64,000 nucleotides of DNA from Octopus sinensis (GCF_006345805.1 NC_043004.1:59644001-59708000); one strand, 5' to 3'; positions 26,431-41,108 are shown, numbered from the stretch's first letter. The notes: generated from the sequence alone by a model not told the origin. Made by a program: numbers and translations.

Positions 26431-27479
26431 AACATAAAGTTTGTCCCTGTACAGCTCAATGACCAGTAGTCATTCGTGTTATCGCAATTTTGCACCTGAG
26501 CGTATCGCTCAGGTGGGATTCCCGTACTCCATGACAGCTACCTTTTTCTCAAGAACAACATTAATCGTTATGATCTCCAACGCCGTCGACTATTCACCAA
26601 TACTGTTAATGAAAGAGATTGAAGAAACATAAATAATTATCACTTTGTATAAGCAATGAATCTGAGCTATGACCACCACCACCAAGCGCTTCTAAAGTGT
26701 GCCAAATGACTACAAAAGCGAATTACCATTTACAAGTCAGTAACATGAGAATAAAGCCTCATAGATGCTTTTCACGAATCACACACTCTAATGATATAAC
26801 GATTCTCTATATTTCTTAGGTACTCCGTAGGTTCCGTATTACTGAACAAGCAGGTTGCTCGCAAAGAATCCTACGTTAGAAAACACCTTTCTGGATATCG
26901 TCAAAGCATGATGCCGCAATGAAGATATGGTTGTGTTCTTGAACAACGACATAAGATAAAAGAAAGCCTACTTCATATGATTCACTAAATTAGTACAAGA
27001 CTAGTATTTTGATGGTAGAAAATTGTATCGAACAGAGTTATTGATTGGTAAGTATCAATCGAGGGTGAAAGGCAAAATCGACCTCAACAAAATTTGGTCT
27101 CAGGAATTTAAATGTTGATAATTAACACACATACATACATACTTATATATACTAACAGACACTCGTACGCACACGCACACTCTCACGCGCACACACACAC
27201 ACAACCACATGACACACACTCGCATGCACCCACACACATACACACGCACATTTTCGGTAACTGCGACGTGTCTGTTCGTTCACGACGACCTCGGGTCTAT
27301 GAATGCGCGTTTATATAGGCGTATAAATGGCAACTCCCGTAAACTTATTAGAATAATCTTTCTCTTATTCTTTCATTTTTGTCATTTATTTACCACTGAC
27401 TATATGTGTATATATAAAATGTTAACTGTTTCAATTACAAATCTTTTGAAACCAGGAATCTAATAGGCAAACTTCTACA

Positions 27480-28150
27480 GGAAGATAACAAGCTGTATCA
27501 TCGAACAATGTTATTGAGTGGGGTTCCTTTTCAAAAGTCACCTGACGAGACACGTCTATACGTATGGCTGCATCATACCCCGTTGCATAATATATCATCC
27601 GCGAGGCAACGATGCAAAATGGGTCTATTTCTCTCTTTTATTTATTGGGAGAGGGAAGCACAACAACGAAATGGATGGAGGAAAAGAGTACAGGGTGAGT
27701 GTTCGAAGTTTGAAAGACAGAAAATGAACCACGAGAAGATCAAGAGAAGGTTTAGAAGGAATGAACCAGTGGAGAATGTGGGAGTGTTGCTTTTTGGGGC
27801 ATGATTTGAGAGAGTACATGCTTAAGCAATGCAAGCCCGATCAGCCACCGGAGGACTCAAAATTCAAACTCTTGTAAATTGTAATACGGTTATTACTCAC
27901 AGCAGAACATATGCAATTTGTGGAAAGGTGTACCTTTCAGTCGGGGGATTGAAAAAGCATGTCAAAAGACTGTATACAGTGGCACCTGTTCCCTCTGCCA
28001 ACCAGCGCAGCTGTGCATTATGCAATAGAATGTGCAAATCTTTTACCGGAATCAAGTGTCTTACGAAGAACTCACAATGCACCATCAATAACTCATTTCA
28101 ATGATTCTTAGTAGCCATGACTTTAGTCGTTTACGAGAAAGCAGCCACTA
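27480..28150 (+). pseudogene. RTE-clade LINE 3' remnant with degenerate C2H2-like fingers
   Basis: WEREAQQRNGWRKRVQ..FERQK...KRR followed by ICGKVYLSVGGLKKH and CALCNRMCKSFTGIK. Confidence 0.6.
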
Positions 28151-28320
28151 TATTTGTATATATTTATTCACATATAAGGATTCTGGTTTTGAAAAGAATG
28201 CCATGACATATAAATTCCCCCTTTCTATTGCATAGTGGTAGATAAAATGAATTATCAGATAGGCTATTCGAAATAGGCTCAATACGTCTTTGCTAATTCA
28301 CCTTCATTCTTTATATAATA

Positions 28321-28692
28321 CTAGCAGTATCGCCCGGCGTTGCTCGGGTTTGTAAGGGAAATAACTATATAAGCACTTTTAGAGATGTAAAGTAAAATAG
28401 CCATCTCAATATGGCTAACCACAAAGGGGGGGGGGTGTTACTGTAGCTTTTTACGTTCTGAGATTTAATAATAAATTTTTAGAGAGTTACTTCCCTTATA
28501 TATGCCAAAAATGCTTTAAAAATGGGAAAAATTGATGGTAATAGACGCGCGCTAATACCCAGAAGGGCTCGATATGAATAACAACTATAAGATACCCGGT
28601 TTTGGTTAAACTGCACCGCAAAATGTGGGAGTAGTTAGGAATCTAAATCGTAGGAGACAGACAGCACACAACCTTACTTTTATATATAAAGA
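28321..28692 (-). mobile_element. non-autonomous Helitron
   Basis: On minus: A|TCTTTATATATAAAA 5' end, subterminal hairpin CCCGAGCAACGCCGGG, 3' end CTAG|T, i.e. inserted between A and T with no TSD. Confidence 0.8.
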
Positions 28693-29079
28693 TATAACTG
28701 TTTACTGCGGAATATGCAAATCATTTCGAATAACTATGATGTCATTTGGACGTTCTTGTAATTATTATAGAGTAAATTTTTGTGTCTGCTTATGTGTGTG
28801 ATACACTTGAAGTTCAAATTTTACGTTTGATTCTTTCATCCAAGAAGACAATAATAATAGCATCGATTCACTTAATTAGTCCTGGTGGATAAAAGCCTGA
28901 TATCTAATTAAAATGTAGTGCGTGCCGTTTGTATAAGTCTCTTTAAAAGATATAAGCGCATACATACGTACATACCAAGATACGTTTATACACATATACA
29001 CACATTCCCTTATACACACACTTATACATACAGAGAGAGTAAGAGAAAGAGAGATACATATATATACATGCATTATATA

Positions 29080-29121
<42 letters not shown>

Positions 29122-30419
29122 ATACATACAAAAATATATATACATACAAACATATATATATATATATATACATACAAAATATATATATATATTATATATA
29201 TATATATATATACCTACATAATTATACCTACGTATTTATACGTATGTGTGCATGCGTGAGTTTATGTGCATTTTATTTGTAAATTTAAGTTGATTGAAGC
29301 ATAATCATACTTACTTATGAATAAAGACATATACACTTGCTCACAGAAACACACAAACACGTACACATACACACACACAGGCACATATTCATGTCTATAT
29401 GTGAAACATATCTCACCCGCTTGAATTTCCAAGTAACCATTTGCTCCATCTCTAATTGATATGCACAATGATGTATTAATGGACTGTTTGGTCAAGTTTA
29501 AACATAGATAGTTGTTTCGTCTGATTTAAATTCTTTTGAATATATATTATTGCTGTTCTGGTGCACTGATTGTAGATTTACCACTTCAGAGATATTTGAT
29601 TTCTCTGGTTTTATTTGGAGTGGTTTCTATTCTTGATTACGTACAATACCGCAGTTAAATACAGGAGGAAATTCGATTATGCAATCTATTGACTTTCTTG
29701 AGGTCATTAGCCGCGTCACTGAAGTCAATTAGTTTCAATCGAGAAATGAAACAGACTTAGAGACGCGGTTTACCGAGAGTTATATGCTTTGCTCTTAACC
29801 TTACTCAAAATAGTTATTTATTACTGGATCATAAAATTAGATGTTATACAAAGAATTGTGGCTTGCATGATAATTTGATTGTGGTTATCAACTATATTAT
29901 GCAAATATGATATTTGTTTTCTTCTCTTTCATCATTTATATGGACTAATTTTATTATAGTATATACTTCATCGATAATTGTTTGCTTTCAGCCTAAGTCT
30001 ATTCATTAGAGAAAAATATTGACTAGAGTACGAAGGTGACTCAGTTGTCCACATTGTATAATATTACTTTATTGTTTGCTTCTTATAAGTGCAACCTGTT
30101 AATGCTACCTTTTTTTGCACATAAGTCATCGAATGAGAACATTTTTAGTTTCTGTATTTCTGGACATTTATCAATTTTTATCGCACAGTCAACCTCGGCG
30201 AATTTGGCAATGAACATAAAGACGCACGAAAATGCCGTTAAGCAGTTCGTCGCCTTAACAACAACGATATTAGTAAGAAGTACTACGACTACTGATGCTG
30301 TTGCTGCTACTAATACTGATGATGATGATGATGATGAGGAGGAGGAGGAGGAGGAGGAAGAGGGTAATAAATTGACAACAGAGAATTAGGTGTTATGTGA
30401 AATGAAAATCAAGAGATGA

Positions 30420-31550
30420 ATCGCCCGAGGGGACAGTGTATCCCCACTGATTTCTGTCCTGGAAATGATACCCTTGAGTGAAAGACTGGAAACGGAACTA
30501 CTTGCTATTCATGGACGACTTGAAGTTGTTCACAAACAGTGAAGCGGAATTAGACAACCAGGTCCAACTGTGCAGATTTCTAGAATGATATCATCATGGC
30601 GTTTCAACACTCAAAATCTGATACGATGGTGATGAGATATGGAACGTTTGTCAGTACAGGTGGCATATGTATGCCGAGTGGCGAAATGATGAAGACAATT
30701 GAACCCAAATCCAGTTATTAATACCGGGGAATACTTAAGGCAGATGGAATTAAAGTCAATGATATTAAAGAAAAGACAAAGAAAGTGCACCTGGGGTGAG
30801 TGAGAAAAATATTTGGTTCAAAGCTGAATGCCAGAAACATAATCTTGGAAATAATATCGCGCAAAGTCGCAGTAGTTCGGTATAGTGCTGGAATCTTGAA
30901 GGGGGAAGAGGCCTAACCAAAGGAGTTGCATAGAATGACAAGAAAGCTCCTAAGGACGTTAATGATTACCTATACATGAATAGAGAAAATGGCTGAAGGG
31001 GACTAGTAAGTGTGGAAGATTACTTACGTATCCAACTCGGGTGCTTAATGAGATACCTACCCCAAAGTAGAGATCTTATCAGTGTCAATGAGGAATGAGG
31101 AAATATTGAAAGCAGAGAGGAAAAAGAGGAAAAACCAAGGAAAAAGTACAAAAATGATACGAAGAAGCATTGCGCAACAAGAGGACTACACAATGAATTC
31201 CATGTAGCCACAGCTGAAGTTGCTGGAAAATACAAGTTGGATTGGCTGAAGAAAGGAACACTGAATACAGAAACTGAGAGTAAGACGAAGAAAACAGAAA
31301 AAAGAAACTGGGAAAGCAAAACCAAGCTTTTGCCACGAATTGGAAGGTCAACTTTAGGAATGAGCATTGTGCCGTGTCTGCAAATATGTGGGCGAAACCA
31401 TTGTCCATAGAGAGTTGGCGGAGTCGGAGACCTGCAAAATCGCCTGGGATATCTGAATCCAAACAGATGAGGTGTGAGAGCATAAACGACCAGACACAGT
31501 GATGCACAACATGGGCTATATAGCTGATATTGCGTACCCCTTTTACCTAC
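30420..31550 (+). pseudogene. highly degenerate R4/Dong-type RT remnant
   Basis: Fragments such as YRGILKADGIK, SKLNARN, VVRYSAGI and a degenerate zinc-knuckle region. Confidence 0.55.
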
Positions 31551-31849
31551 GAATAATCAAGAAGGTGAAAAATAGTTATATACAATCCTCTTCAGTACGA
31601 AATAGCCCGGCTATGGAAACTTCAGATGGTAAGGATAGTGATAAATATTGTTGGTTCCTTGGGGTCAGTATCAGAGATCATCAAACGAAATGTAAAAGGA
31701 ATCGGAATAGAGTGCTCAGCAAAACTGTTACAAAAGATTTGACACCTTGGCACGGCTAAAATAAACAGGAAAGTATTAGATAGTTAAAAAGAACACATAG
31801 TATGGTACCATAAACGTCAGGCAGTAAGCTCACTATGCATGCAAGTCTA

Positions 31850-32830
31850 AGAACAACCGAGCAAAGTGCTGGCGAAAGGCCTCACACATCATCTGTCTGG
31901 AATCGCTCCGTCTCGTTCCGGCAAAGACCAAATTGGGTTTTCGTTACGACATTGCATCTCCGCTACGCAGGCCCATCAAACAGCATTGATCTCCTCTTTC
32001 CTTAAAGCACGCCTCTTAGCTCTGACAATGCAACCTTCTTGTTTCTCTTCACTACTGGAAATTGAAGGTTCTGCTGCTGTAAGTGTGTGTGTCTGTTATT
32101 AATCTTGTTAGTGTGTGTATTTTCGTTTGGTGTGGGTGTGGTGCGAGAAATTTCTTTGTTTCTCCCGAGAGTGGTTAATGTCTTTGGTGTTGTTGCTGAT
32201 TGTTCCGCCGGTGCTAGTTATGTTTGTGGTTTTAGTCCTGGCGTAGGCAGCAGTGGAGGACGTAGGCGGCTGCGAGCAGCCAAACGAATCGTTTCTCCTC
32301 ACCTGAAACAATGAGTCCTTTTGTGTTCAGTCATGATATGTATCACCGGCCCGTTCTGGAGACGGATGTGGTCCGGGATATTTTTTTTTGTTTTCGTTTC
32401 TGATCTGGTGGAGTATCTCCAGGTTAACCCTTGACCAGTCCTCCCTAGCAGTTCTTGTCGCTTCTATAGGGACAGTATCAGTCCCCTCTACAATTACGCA
32501 TTCTAGGAATGCGGACACGGGCTGTACGTTTATCCATGCTGGTTTTGCAAGGGGTCATTGAATGTTTCACAGCGAGGGCTTCTGATTTAAACAGCATCGA
32601 AAGGGTACCATATTATTTGCTCCTTGTTATGTATTCGATGTCATTTCTCATGCACATCAGCGCCGCCTCCATATCTTCTTGGGCTATCAAAGCTGCTCTT
32701 TGTGTGTCTGCTGAGATGCATCTGAATAGCACCGTTATTCTCTTCACTTCTTCAATTGCCTCTGTTGGGATTCTCAGATTTGTCCAATTGTTCTCTTGTT
32801 TAATTAGTTTCCATGCCTTTGGGAGCATCT
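31850..32830 (-). pseudogene. internally deleted Tx1-type LINE remnant
   Basis: 31860-32060 on minus gives CIVRAKRRALRKEEINAV*WA...MMCEAFRQHFARLF, aligning with GCIVRARIRA...EMCEAFQEHFSQLF of the 50-53 kb ORF2. The upstream part weakly resembles the ORF1 C-terminal region. Confidence 0.5.
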
Positions 32831-33567
32831 GCTCCCCATTCGTTTGGCATTGGCTGCAGCTGATGCTGCAAAACTATTTTTGATAATTTCATTTGTATTG
32901 TTTTCCTTGTTGTTTTTGTTGTTGCCACTTGCTGCTACTGCTACTGCCGTTGTTGTTGTTCTTATCGACGTTGTTGGTATTGGTTTTGTTGTTGTTGCTG
33001 TCGTCACTTCTGCTAGCGTTGTTGTTGTTATGTTTGTTGCTATCGCTATTGCCACAACTGTTGCTTTCTTTTTCGTGATTGTTGCTGTTCTCACTACTAC
33101 TACTACTACAGCTCCGGCTGATCTCAATGTTGCGGCTGCTACTCTTGTCATTTCCACCTCTGTTAGCGTTTCTGCTATTATTATTGTTCCTGTTCGTTGT
33201 ACTTTGTACGATGACAACCTTGTTCCTCTCCTCCTCCCTTTCCCCTGTAGTGTTGCCGGGGACAGAGGGAAGGGGAGGGGATTCTTCATCTGTTCATATT
33301 GGTAGGAGGGTTTGTTTTATTTTTCCTCAAATCTTTGAAGAGACGATCCACCATCTTGTTAGGTTGTATTGATTCCATTAAATGTTAACGCCCACTGAAT
33401 TTATTTGGTGGGCTTAAAATCGTCCCCCTGAGGGCTACTCAGCTCTAAAAACCTAGGTTCCTAGTGTTTCTATTTACAACTTGCAATAAAATAATTATTG
33501 CCAAAGATACCAAACCTGTTTAACCTGAATTTACTTGGAGAGTTCGAAAACACGTTCGATGTCTTCC

Positions 33568-33574
33568 GCGGCGA

Positions 33575-33634
<60 letters not shown>

Positions 33635-33800
33635 TGATGATGATGATGATGATGATAATGATGATGATGATGATGATAATAATAATAATAATGATAATAA
33701 TGATAATAATTATAATGATAATAATAATAATAATAATAATAACAATAATAATAATAATAATAATACTAACAACAACAATAATAATTATTATTATTATTGC
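33568..33800. repeat. compound (AAT)n/(GAT)n microsatellite
   Basis: Directly visible. Confidence 0.95.
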
Positions 33801-33937
33801 AATTATTAGATATTAAATGAAAGGTGATTTGGAAATGTTTCCAGCATGAAGTAGAAGGGACCATTTCGGAATGAAGACGTAAATATAACTGTTCAGATAT
33901 TGAAAAAAAAAAACAGTTGTAAATGAAAATTTTTAAT

Positions 33938-34099
33938 GCAGGAGTGGCTGTGTGGTAAGTAGCTTGCTAACCAACCACATGGTTCCGGGTTCAGTCCCAC
34001 TGCGTAGCACCTTGGGCAAGTGTCTACTACTATAGCCTTGGGCCGACCAATGCCTTGTGAGTGGATTTGGTAGTCGGAAACTGAAAGAAGCCTGTCGTA

Positions 34100-34148
<49 letters not shown>

Positions 34149-34362
34149 GAGTGTGTGTTTGTGTGTCTGTGTTTGTCGCCCTAGCATTGCTTGACAACCG
34201 ATGCTTGTGTGTTTACGTCCCCGTTACTTAGCGGTTCGGCAAAAAGAGACCGATAGAATAAGTACTGGGCTTACAAAGAATAAGTCCCGGGGTCGAGTTG
34301 CTCGATTAAAGGTGGTGGTCCAGCATGGCCGCAGTCAAATGACTGAAACAAGTAAAGAAGTA
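33938..34362 (+). mobile_element. full-length tRNA-derived SINE, third family (CORE-like), with central (TA)/(TG) tract
   Basis: A box GTGGCTGTGTGG, B box GGTTCAGTCCC, CACCTTGGGCAAGTG core-like block, tail GACTGAAACAAGTAAAGAAG. Confidence 0.9.
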
Positions 34363-34992
34363 ACTTCGGATTTGTAAGAATTTTAAAGAAGGCGAAATTT
34401 TAAATATGAGTGAAATAAGTTATATATTTATCTGAATATGTGTGCAGCTGGGTTCACGAACTTGTGTATATGTGTGTGTTTGTGTGTGCACGTGCGTGCG
34501 TGAGGCTGTGATAGTATGGGAGAAAGTGGGCTCCTGCCTACCTTTATACATGAGCTCGTGTACAACTTACAAGCATACATATGTGCATACATGCGTGTAT
34601 ATATACGCACACACACACGTATATATGTTTATATGCATACTATATAAACATACATGTAATATATATATACAAATGTATATGTACATTATATACTTACATT
34701 TAAGTGTATATATACACGTATATAATTATATATATATATATATATATATACATACGTACATATATGTATGTGTATACATGCATACATACACACCCACATA
34801 TGTATGTATATATGTATACACACACATATACACAACCACGTACATACATATATATTGTACTGAGTCTATTTTGCAGCAGATTCAAGTTGCAAATTCATAC
34901 AAATGAAAATTGGTACATAAAATAAAAATGATTTTCTTTGAATTTATTTCTGCAATATTCTCGATTCTATTAAGTCTTTAAACAGGCGGATT

Positions 34993-35073
34993 CAAGATGG
35001 CCTACTTACATAATACACCACCATCAACATGCTTTAACTCGCTTTGTGTGTGCTGCTAGAAAGATCACGTGAC
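34993..35073 (-). promoter_or_regulatory. candidate promoter / first-exon motif cluster
   Basis: E-box TCACGTGAC (35065-35073), ATG at 35030, 21-nt frame MLMVVYY, GTAAGT donor (35009-35004) and YY1-like GCCATCTTG just downstream. Motif-only evidence. Confidence 0.25.
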
Positions 35074-35445
35074 TTCAAAAGTAAAATTCTCTTGCTCTCT
35101 TCTCTGTCTTTGCACTTGCATATTCCTTTATTTAGCGACATACAAGATCACGAATTTAGCCGTTTATGGGAAAATGTGCTATAAATAACCTGTAAAAATT
35201 TAAAATACTTTTCTATGCAACATGAATGTACGATTCAGGTATTTTGGTGTACATGTTCAATACACTCCACCTACATATATCGCGATATACACACAGGCGT
35301 AAAACATGCTTACACTACTATATAGCTAAATGTTTTAAACACACACACACACACACACACGCACACACATATATATAGCTTACAACAAAAACTCTTTAAT
35401 GGAATACGATCTGCTTCGTGTAGCGGAATAGTATTCTGTGGTTTG

Positions 35446-35484
<39 letters not shown>

Positions 35485-35658
35485 CAGTTATAAATTGAGA
35501 TAGGGGTTGTAAATTCAACCCTCCATGGGATAACATATATCCAATATACTGCTAGAGAAGTACCCAACAAAACTAATACATAAATGTTAAAAATTGCGGT
35601 GCAATTAATTAATCCACTGTATTATGTGGGCATGGGTAAAATTATTGCCGTAAATTAA

Positions 35659-36250
35659 TAATACAAAATGTGAAAATGGAGAAACATACCTAAATCAATC
35701 ATCAACCATCAGATAATACCCAATCAATACTTTATTAAACCATTACACAACAGCAATGACATTATACATAATATATTACAAATATAACTAGACATAGAAA
35801 TAGAAATAGAAAATACAATTACATCGTAGCTGACAGCTGTTTCAGCCGTGAAGACAGGTATGTCCCATTTAACCTATTAGCCATATAAAGCAGGTATAAA
35901 TGAGACATTAAGAAGAATGTCTCACGGCCTCTTCAGAGAATTTAATGTAAGTATGAAAAAAATTTACATATAAATATAAAGATAAAAAATATAAAAATGT
36001 GTGCATAGACACTCATAATTCTACACACATATATATACACATTAGTACAATATAAACGATATATATATCAGTATACATTAACAAACACAATTATTTACCA
36101 TATTGAACTCATAGTTCTATAACTAACATCAAGAAAATACATGTACACTCACATTTAAATTTAAAGCAGACATATATATTTAACAGTCCAGTTCATTAAA
36201 ATTTATAACCACACAAAAAGTCAATAAAATTAATATTAATATTAATATTG

Positions 36251-36296
<46 letters not shown>

Positions 36297-36645
36297 CCAT
36301 GATTGTGCCATGTAAAGCAAGCGGACATCCACATATATACCCCATAAGTCGAATTCATCTGTCCGCTTGATATTGATTTTCCTAGATAGATTCGATTGGC
36401 TTATAGTTTTAAATTTGAATCACAATGGAATTTTACGGTTAGTTAGCCAAGAAACGCACATACGCACACGCACATCTACAGATCGTGCGCACATACATAC
36501 ATAGTTATATGTATACACACACACATACACCCACACACATACACACATACATAGCCAAATCATAAATAAATAAATAAATAATATAAGAGGTCTAATCGCA
36601 ACTATACACATGGAAAACAGAGGAACCCAACCGATTGCACATACA
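35659..36645 (-). repeat. left arm of ~1 kb inverted repeat (inverted pLTR)
   Basis: Reverse complement of 41109-42061 with scattered substitutions and a few indels. Confidence 0.95.
35819..35950 (-). ncRNA. type I hammerhead ribozyme motif with long stem II (left pLTR copy)
   Basis: Minus: TTACAT-taaatt-CT-CTGAAGA-GGCCGTGA..(long stem II)..TCACGGCT-GAAA-CAGCTG-TC-AG-ctacg-ATGTAA. Confidence 0.8.
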
Positions 36646-39308
36646 ACAAAAAATGAACCAACAACATACTGGAGAAACTAACCGTAATGGAACAGGAAGT
36701 ACCTATGAGGAAATAATCAAACTAACCGGCACCACTTTTAAAACTGGGAAATCTCCTCCACCAAATAAACATCTCGATAACTTTGAACAGGAATTATGGG
36801 AGACTATCAAAAACATCAAATTTAAAAATCACCCATTGAGGTATAACCCGTACCAAAGATAATTAAAAGAACTATTAAGAACTCTTAAGGGTCAGAACGG
36901 CATTCTAACCCGTTCTGACAAAACCAGTAATATTTATGATATTGACACCCCCACATACCATGAATTACTACACAAAGAAATTACTAAAAAATATAAAATT
37001 GTACCTTTTAACACACTTAGGAAACTAAACCTTGAGATTAGAGAAATAATGTTGGATTATTACCTGAAAGAAAAAACTTATACCCCCACTAGACCGAGAA
37101 TCACACTCAACGACCATAAAGAAAACTTTCTTGGTAACACGCAGGTCAGATTGCTTTGCCCTACCAAATCTGACTTAGGCAGACTGAGTAAACTTATTCT
37201 GGACAAATATTTACCAACTATACGTAACAAAATTAAACTTAGCGTTTGGAAGAATACTCAAGGTGCACTAGATTGGTTTTCTGCCATTAAGGTCAGTGAT
37301 AATAATAGAAGTAAATTCATCCAATTTGATATACAAAATTACTACACATCCATAAACCCTATTATATTAAATAAGGCTTTAATTTTTGCTAGGAGACACA
37401 CTAAATTAGATTAGGGTTATCTTAACAGCTAGAAAAACATTAATAGAGTTTGATAACAAACTTTGGGCTAGAAAAGACACACCAAACTTGTTCGACATCA
37501 CCATGGGATCGCCGGATTCAGCGGAAGTGACTGATCTGGTTGGGATGTATTTACTAGATAACCTTAGTAGGGAATTCCCTGAATTAAAAGGAGGACTATA
37601 TAGGGATGACGCTTTATTTTTGGTAAATAATACATCAAATAGGAGACTGGATCTACTGAAAAAAAGACTATATAAATTTTTTTAAAGTTTTGGCCTATCC
37701 ATAATTATTGAAAATGAAAACTATTCTGCCAATTATTTGGATGTCAATTGCAACCTTACTAATGGGATACATGAACCTTATATTAAACCCAATTCTAACT
37801 TAGTATATATAAACCGTTCTAGCAATCACCCCCCTCAAATTAAAAGATCACTAGTGCGTAACATCAGTCAGAGAATCTCTTATCTATCCTCAAACGGGGA
37901 CATTTTTAATAAGCATTGTGATAGATATAATACAGCATTGCTGAAAGCAAGCTACAAAAGTAAAATATGGTATAGACCCAAGGATAATCCTTCAAATACA
38001 GGTGGAAATATTAAGAACACCAATAAATTTAGGACAAACAATAATAACTGTAGGATAAGGAAAAATATAATATATAAAAACGCATATGATAATTATAGAG
38101 GTGTTGTTAATCTCGGAGCTGTTGACGTTAGTTTAAATAAATTAGCGCACATAAGTGATGGTAGTAATATTAATAATACGCATATCAAAACTAATGGTAG
38201 GTATGATAATAGTAAAGTTTATTTACGCAATAATTATGGTAATATTGATAATGATAGGCATAACAATGACAATGTTAAGAATAGTAAACATATGGGATGA
38301 AGGAGGAACAAGGTTTTTACTAAAAATAACAATTTGATAGGCAACCCTAATACTGATAAGGATGCACTATGGCTGATAATCCCACATGCATTGCAGATAA
38401 AAACAGACATATTTAGAGCTTTGCACAATGTAATATTTAGGCACTTTGGTAAGGGTAAGAATAAATTTGGTCATTTAATTAACAATGGAACTGTTAGAAT
38501 AGGATATAGCATTACACATAATCTAGCTACCATCATCTCCTCATTTAATAACAGGAAACTGGATTACTTCTATAATGATAGAAAGTTGAATTTAGATAAT
38601 AGTAATTTGCCTCTCTATAATCGTAGAAACAATATATCTTTTGGAGCTAACGCGAACAACCCTCTTGCAAATTATGATGGTACCGTACCTGTAAGGAAAA
38701 ATATTAATGTAATAGATGATACCACTACCACCAATACTATTACTATTGATAGGAATATCGCCAATAATGATAAATCAAATCATTCGTTGAATTTGGGATT
38801 GGATAGTAAAAATAATTGCAATACTATTAATGGGAATGGTGTTACAGAAATGTTGGCCAATGTTAGATTACCCCAACCTGTTGATAACTGTAATTTCAGA
38901 AACAGAAATAAATGTGTGTTTGGTAATCAATGCCTCAAGAAAGAGGTAGTTTATCAATGCACTGTGGATTCACAATTTAGTAGTAGGGTATACATCGGAG
39001 CAACTATGAATAGCATGAAACAGAGACTTAATTATCATAGATATACTTTTAGAAATAAAAATAGGATGTACTCTACGGGGTTAAGTGCGTATATTTGGGA
39101 ACTCAAAAGTAAGAACTTAGATTTTAAATTAAATTGGAAAATACTAACTTCTGCACCTGTATATAATGGAAAAAACAAAAAATGCTCTCTATGTATTAAT
39201 GAAATTTTTTTCATTATCAAAGCTGGTAGGCCTATTGTTAATAATATTAATGAAAAAAATTTTTTTTGCATTCATAAACTACCGTACACTTTCTCTAGAT
39301 TTAAATAG
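36635..39308 (+). pseudogene. PLE reverse transcriptase + C-terminal GIY-YIG endonuclease (Nematis/Neptune-like), 5'-truncated and disrupted
   Basis: RSDKTSNIY, RITLNDHKENF, KFIQFDIQNYYTSI, FDITMGSPDSAEVTDLVG, GGLYRDDAL, NYLDVN, YINRSSNHPPQI, CNFRNRNKCVFGNQC, VVYQC...VYIGAT...QRLNYH, CSLCINE. Stops at 36860, 37683 and 38298; frameshift near 37410. Confidence 0.92.
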
Positions 39309-41108
39309 AACTTAGCTTTTCTACTAGTAATATTTTAACTTTCCTCTATATCTAATTATGCTAGTAGTCTTTTGCAATTTTGAAACATGCAACTTATAAA
39401 TTTATAATTTTATAATTTTGTAGCTACACATATATATAAATATATATGTTCTGTATTAATTGTTTTTTGTTTTTGGTTTTTTGTCCTGGTTTATAAGGGA
39501 AATACACTGTGGCATGAAAGAATATATACACTCTGGTATATACACAGAAATAGGATAGTCTTGGGGATTTCCTAAATTGCAGGTTGTGTATGAGTATCAT
39601 AGTTAGATACCTGGTTTTAGATACTGTAATACTAATATGTAATAAATGAGAGTTTATATTGAATTTTGTTTGTTTTGGATGAGTATATGGGTTTTTGCAG
39701 GTATTTATTTGGCAGTCTTATATATTGTATATTTAGTGTATCTTTGTACTCATCTAAATTTGTATCTTATGTTATTTATTAATAAATCTATTCATTTACT
39801 TACATTTGGCTTTATACATATTAGCAGTCTTATATATTTAGTCTATATTTGTACTCATCTTGATTTGTATTTTATGTTATTTATCTATTTATTTATTCAT
39901 TTATCTATAGGTAAATATTTACATAATAGTAACCTGTATACTAAGTTTATATATGTACTCCTTTCAATGTATATTTTTTATTTTATTTTATGTTATTTAT
40001 CTATTTATCTAGTCATTTATGTATATGTGGATATACACATATTAGCAGTACTATATATTAGGTGTACCTTTGTAATTATCTTAATTTGTTTTCTATGGTA
40101 TTTATCTATTTATTTATTCATTTATTTATTTATATGTAGATATATACATACATATCCATTATTTATTATAATAATATATATATATATATATGTATACTAG
40201 CTTTTACTTATATTTTCATTTTAATTTTAATTATTTCATCTTATCTTATTTTATTACATTTTAATTTTAAGTAATTACAATTATTAACTTATAATTAATT
40301 TAATTTTTGTTATTTACTTATATACTATTTATTGGTAAGTCCTCCACTGATATTATATAATGCCAAATCCTGTTAATTGGTACATCCTATTTTTTATTCT
40401 TTATCACGTATGTGCTGCATAATTTCTTTAAGCTTATTTAGTGGGTAGAATATGTATTTATGTGTCCACTGATGCTTAAAAATATATATATATATATAAG
40501 TACTACGAATGTTTACATGCGCATCATATGTGAAAATATATGGTGTGTATATGTATGTCTGTTGTTACACATGAGTATACATATGGGCATGTAGATGTAA
40601 GTGTAATTCTATTAGCTCGTTGGTAAGGGTTTAAATAGAAAAATATTAGTATTGTAATAACATTGGATTTATTATGTAGGGATGCTATCTGTTTATGCTA
40701 TAAGGAGTTATCTTGATAATATATCTTAGAATATTAGCGTATTTTGACTTCTTACAATTAATCTCTTATAATTTAATTATTATAAACCGATGTTAACTTA
40801 GTATATATATATTTTTGTGTCTTTTGATAGTCAAACGAAAATGGGTATTCTATACTTTATAATTTAGCGTTTGTTTGAATAAAGCATAGCGGTTAACTCG
40901 GCGGACTTTTTAGTTGTGAAATACTATGTTTACGAAAAATACGGTGTCATATGAATTATGTAACTTATGAAAAATTACATTCTCTATCTGGATATAATTA
41001 TATGTATCTTTGCATTTACTGTTTTATGGAAATATGTGAGTGGATCTACTTAGTTAATACCACGGCCTTGGTGTCGTTTTGGGCAGGGGGTCTTGATGTC
41101 TGCATGCA

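Noticed and set aside
26493-26515. Perfect hairpin CACCTGAGCG-TAT-CGCTCAGGTG
   Set aside because: Isolated 10-bp stem with no second copy or context; can arise by chance or local repair.
36860-38300. In-frame stops in PLE1 as possible selenocysteine recoding (known in some Naiad PLEs)
   Set aside because: Stops are TAA, TAG, TAA and only one TGA, there is a frameshift, and the endonuclease is C-terminal; ordinary decay explains them.
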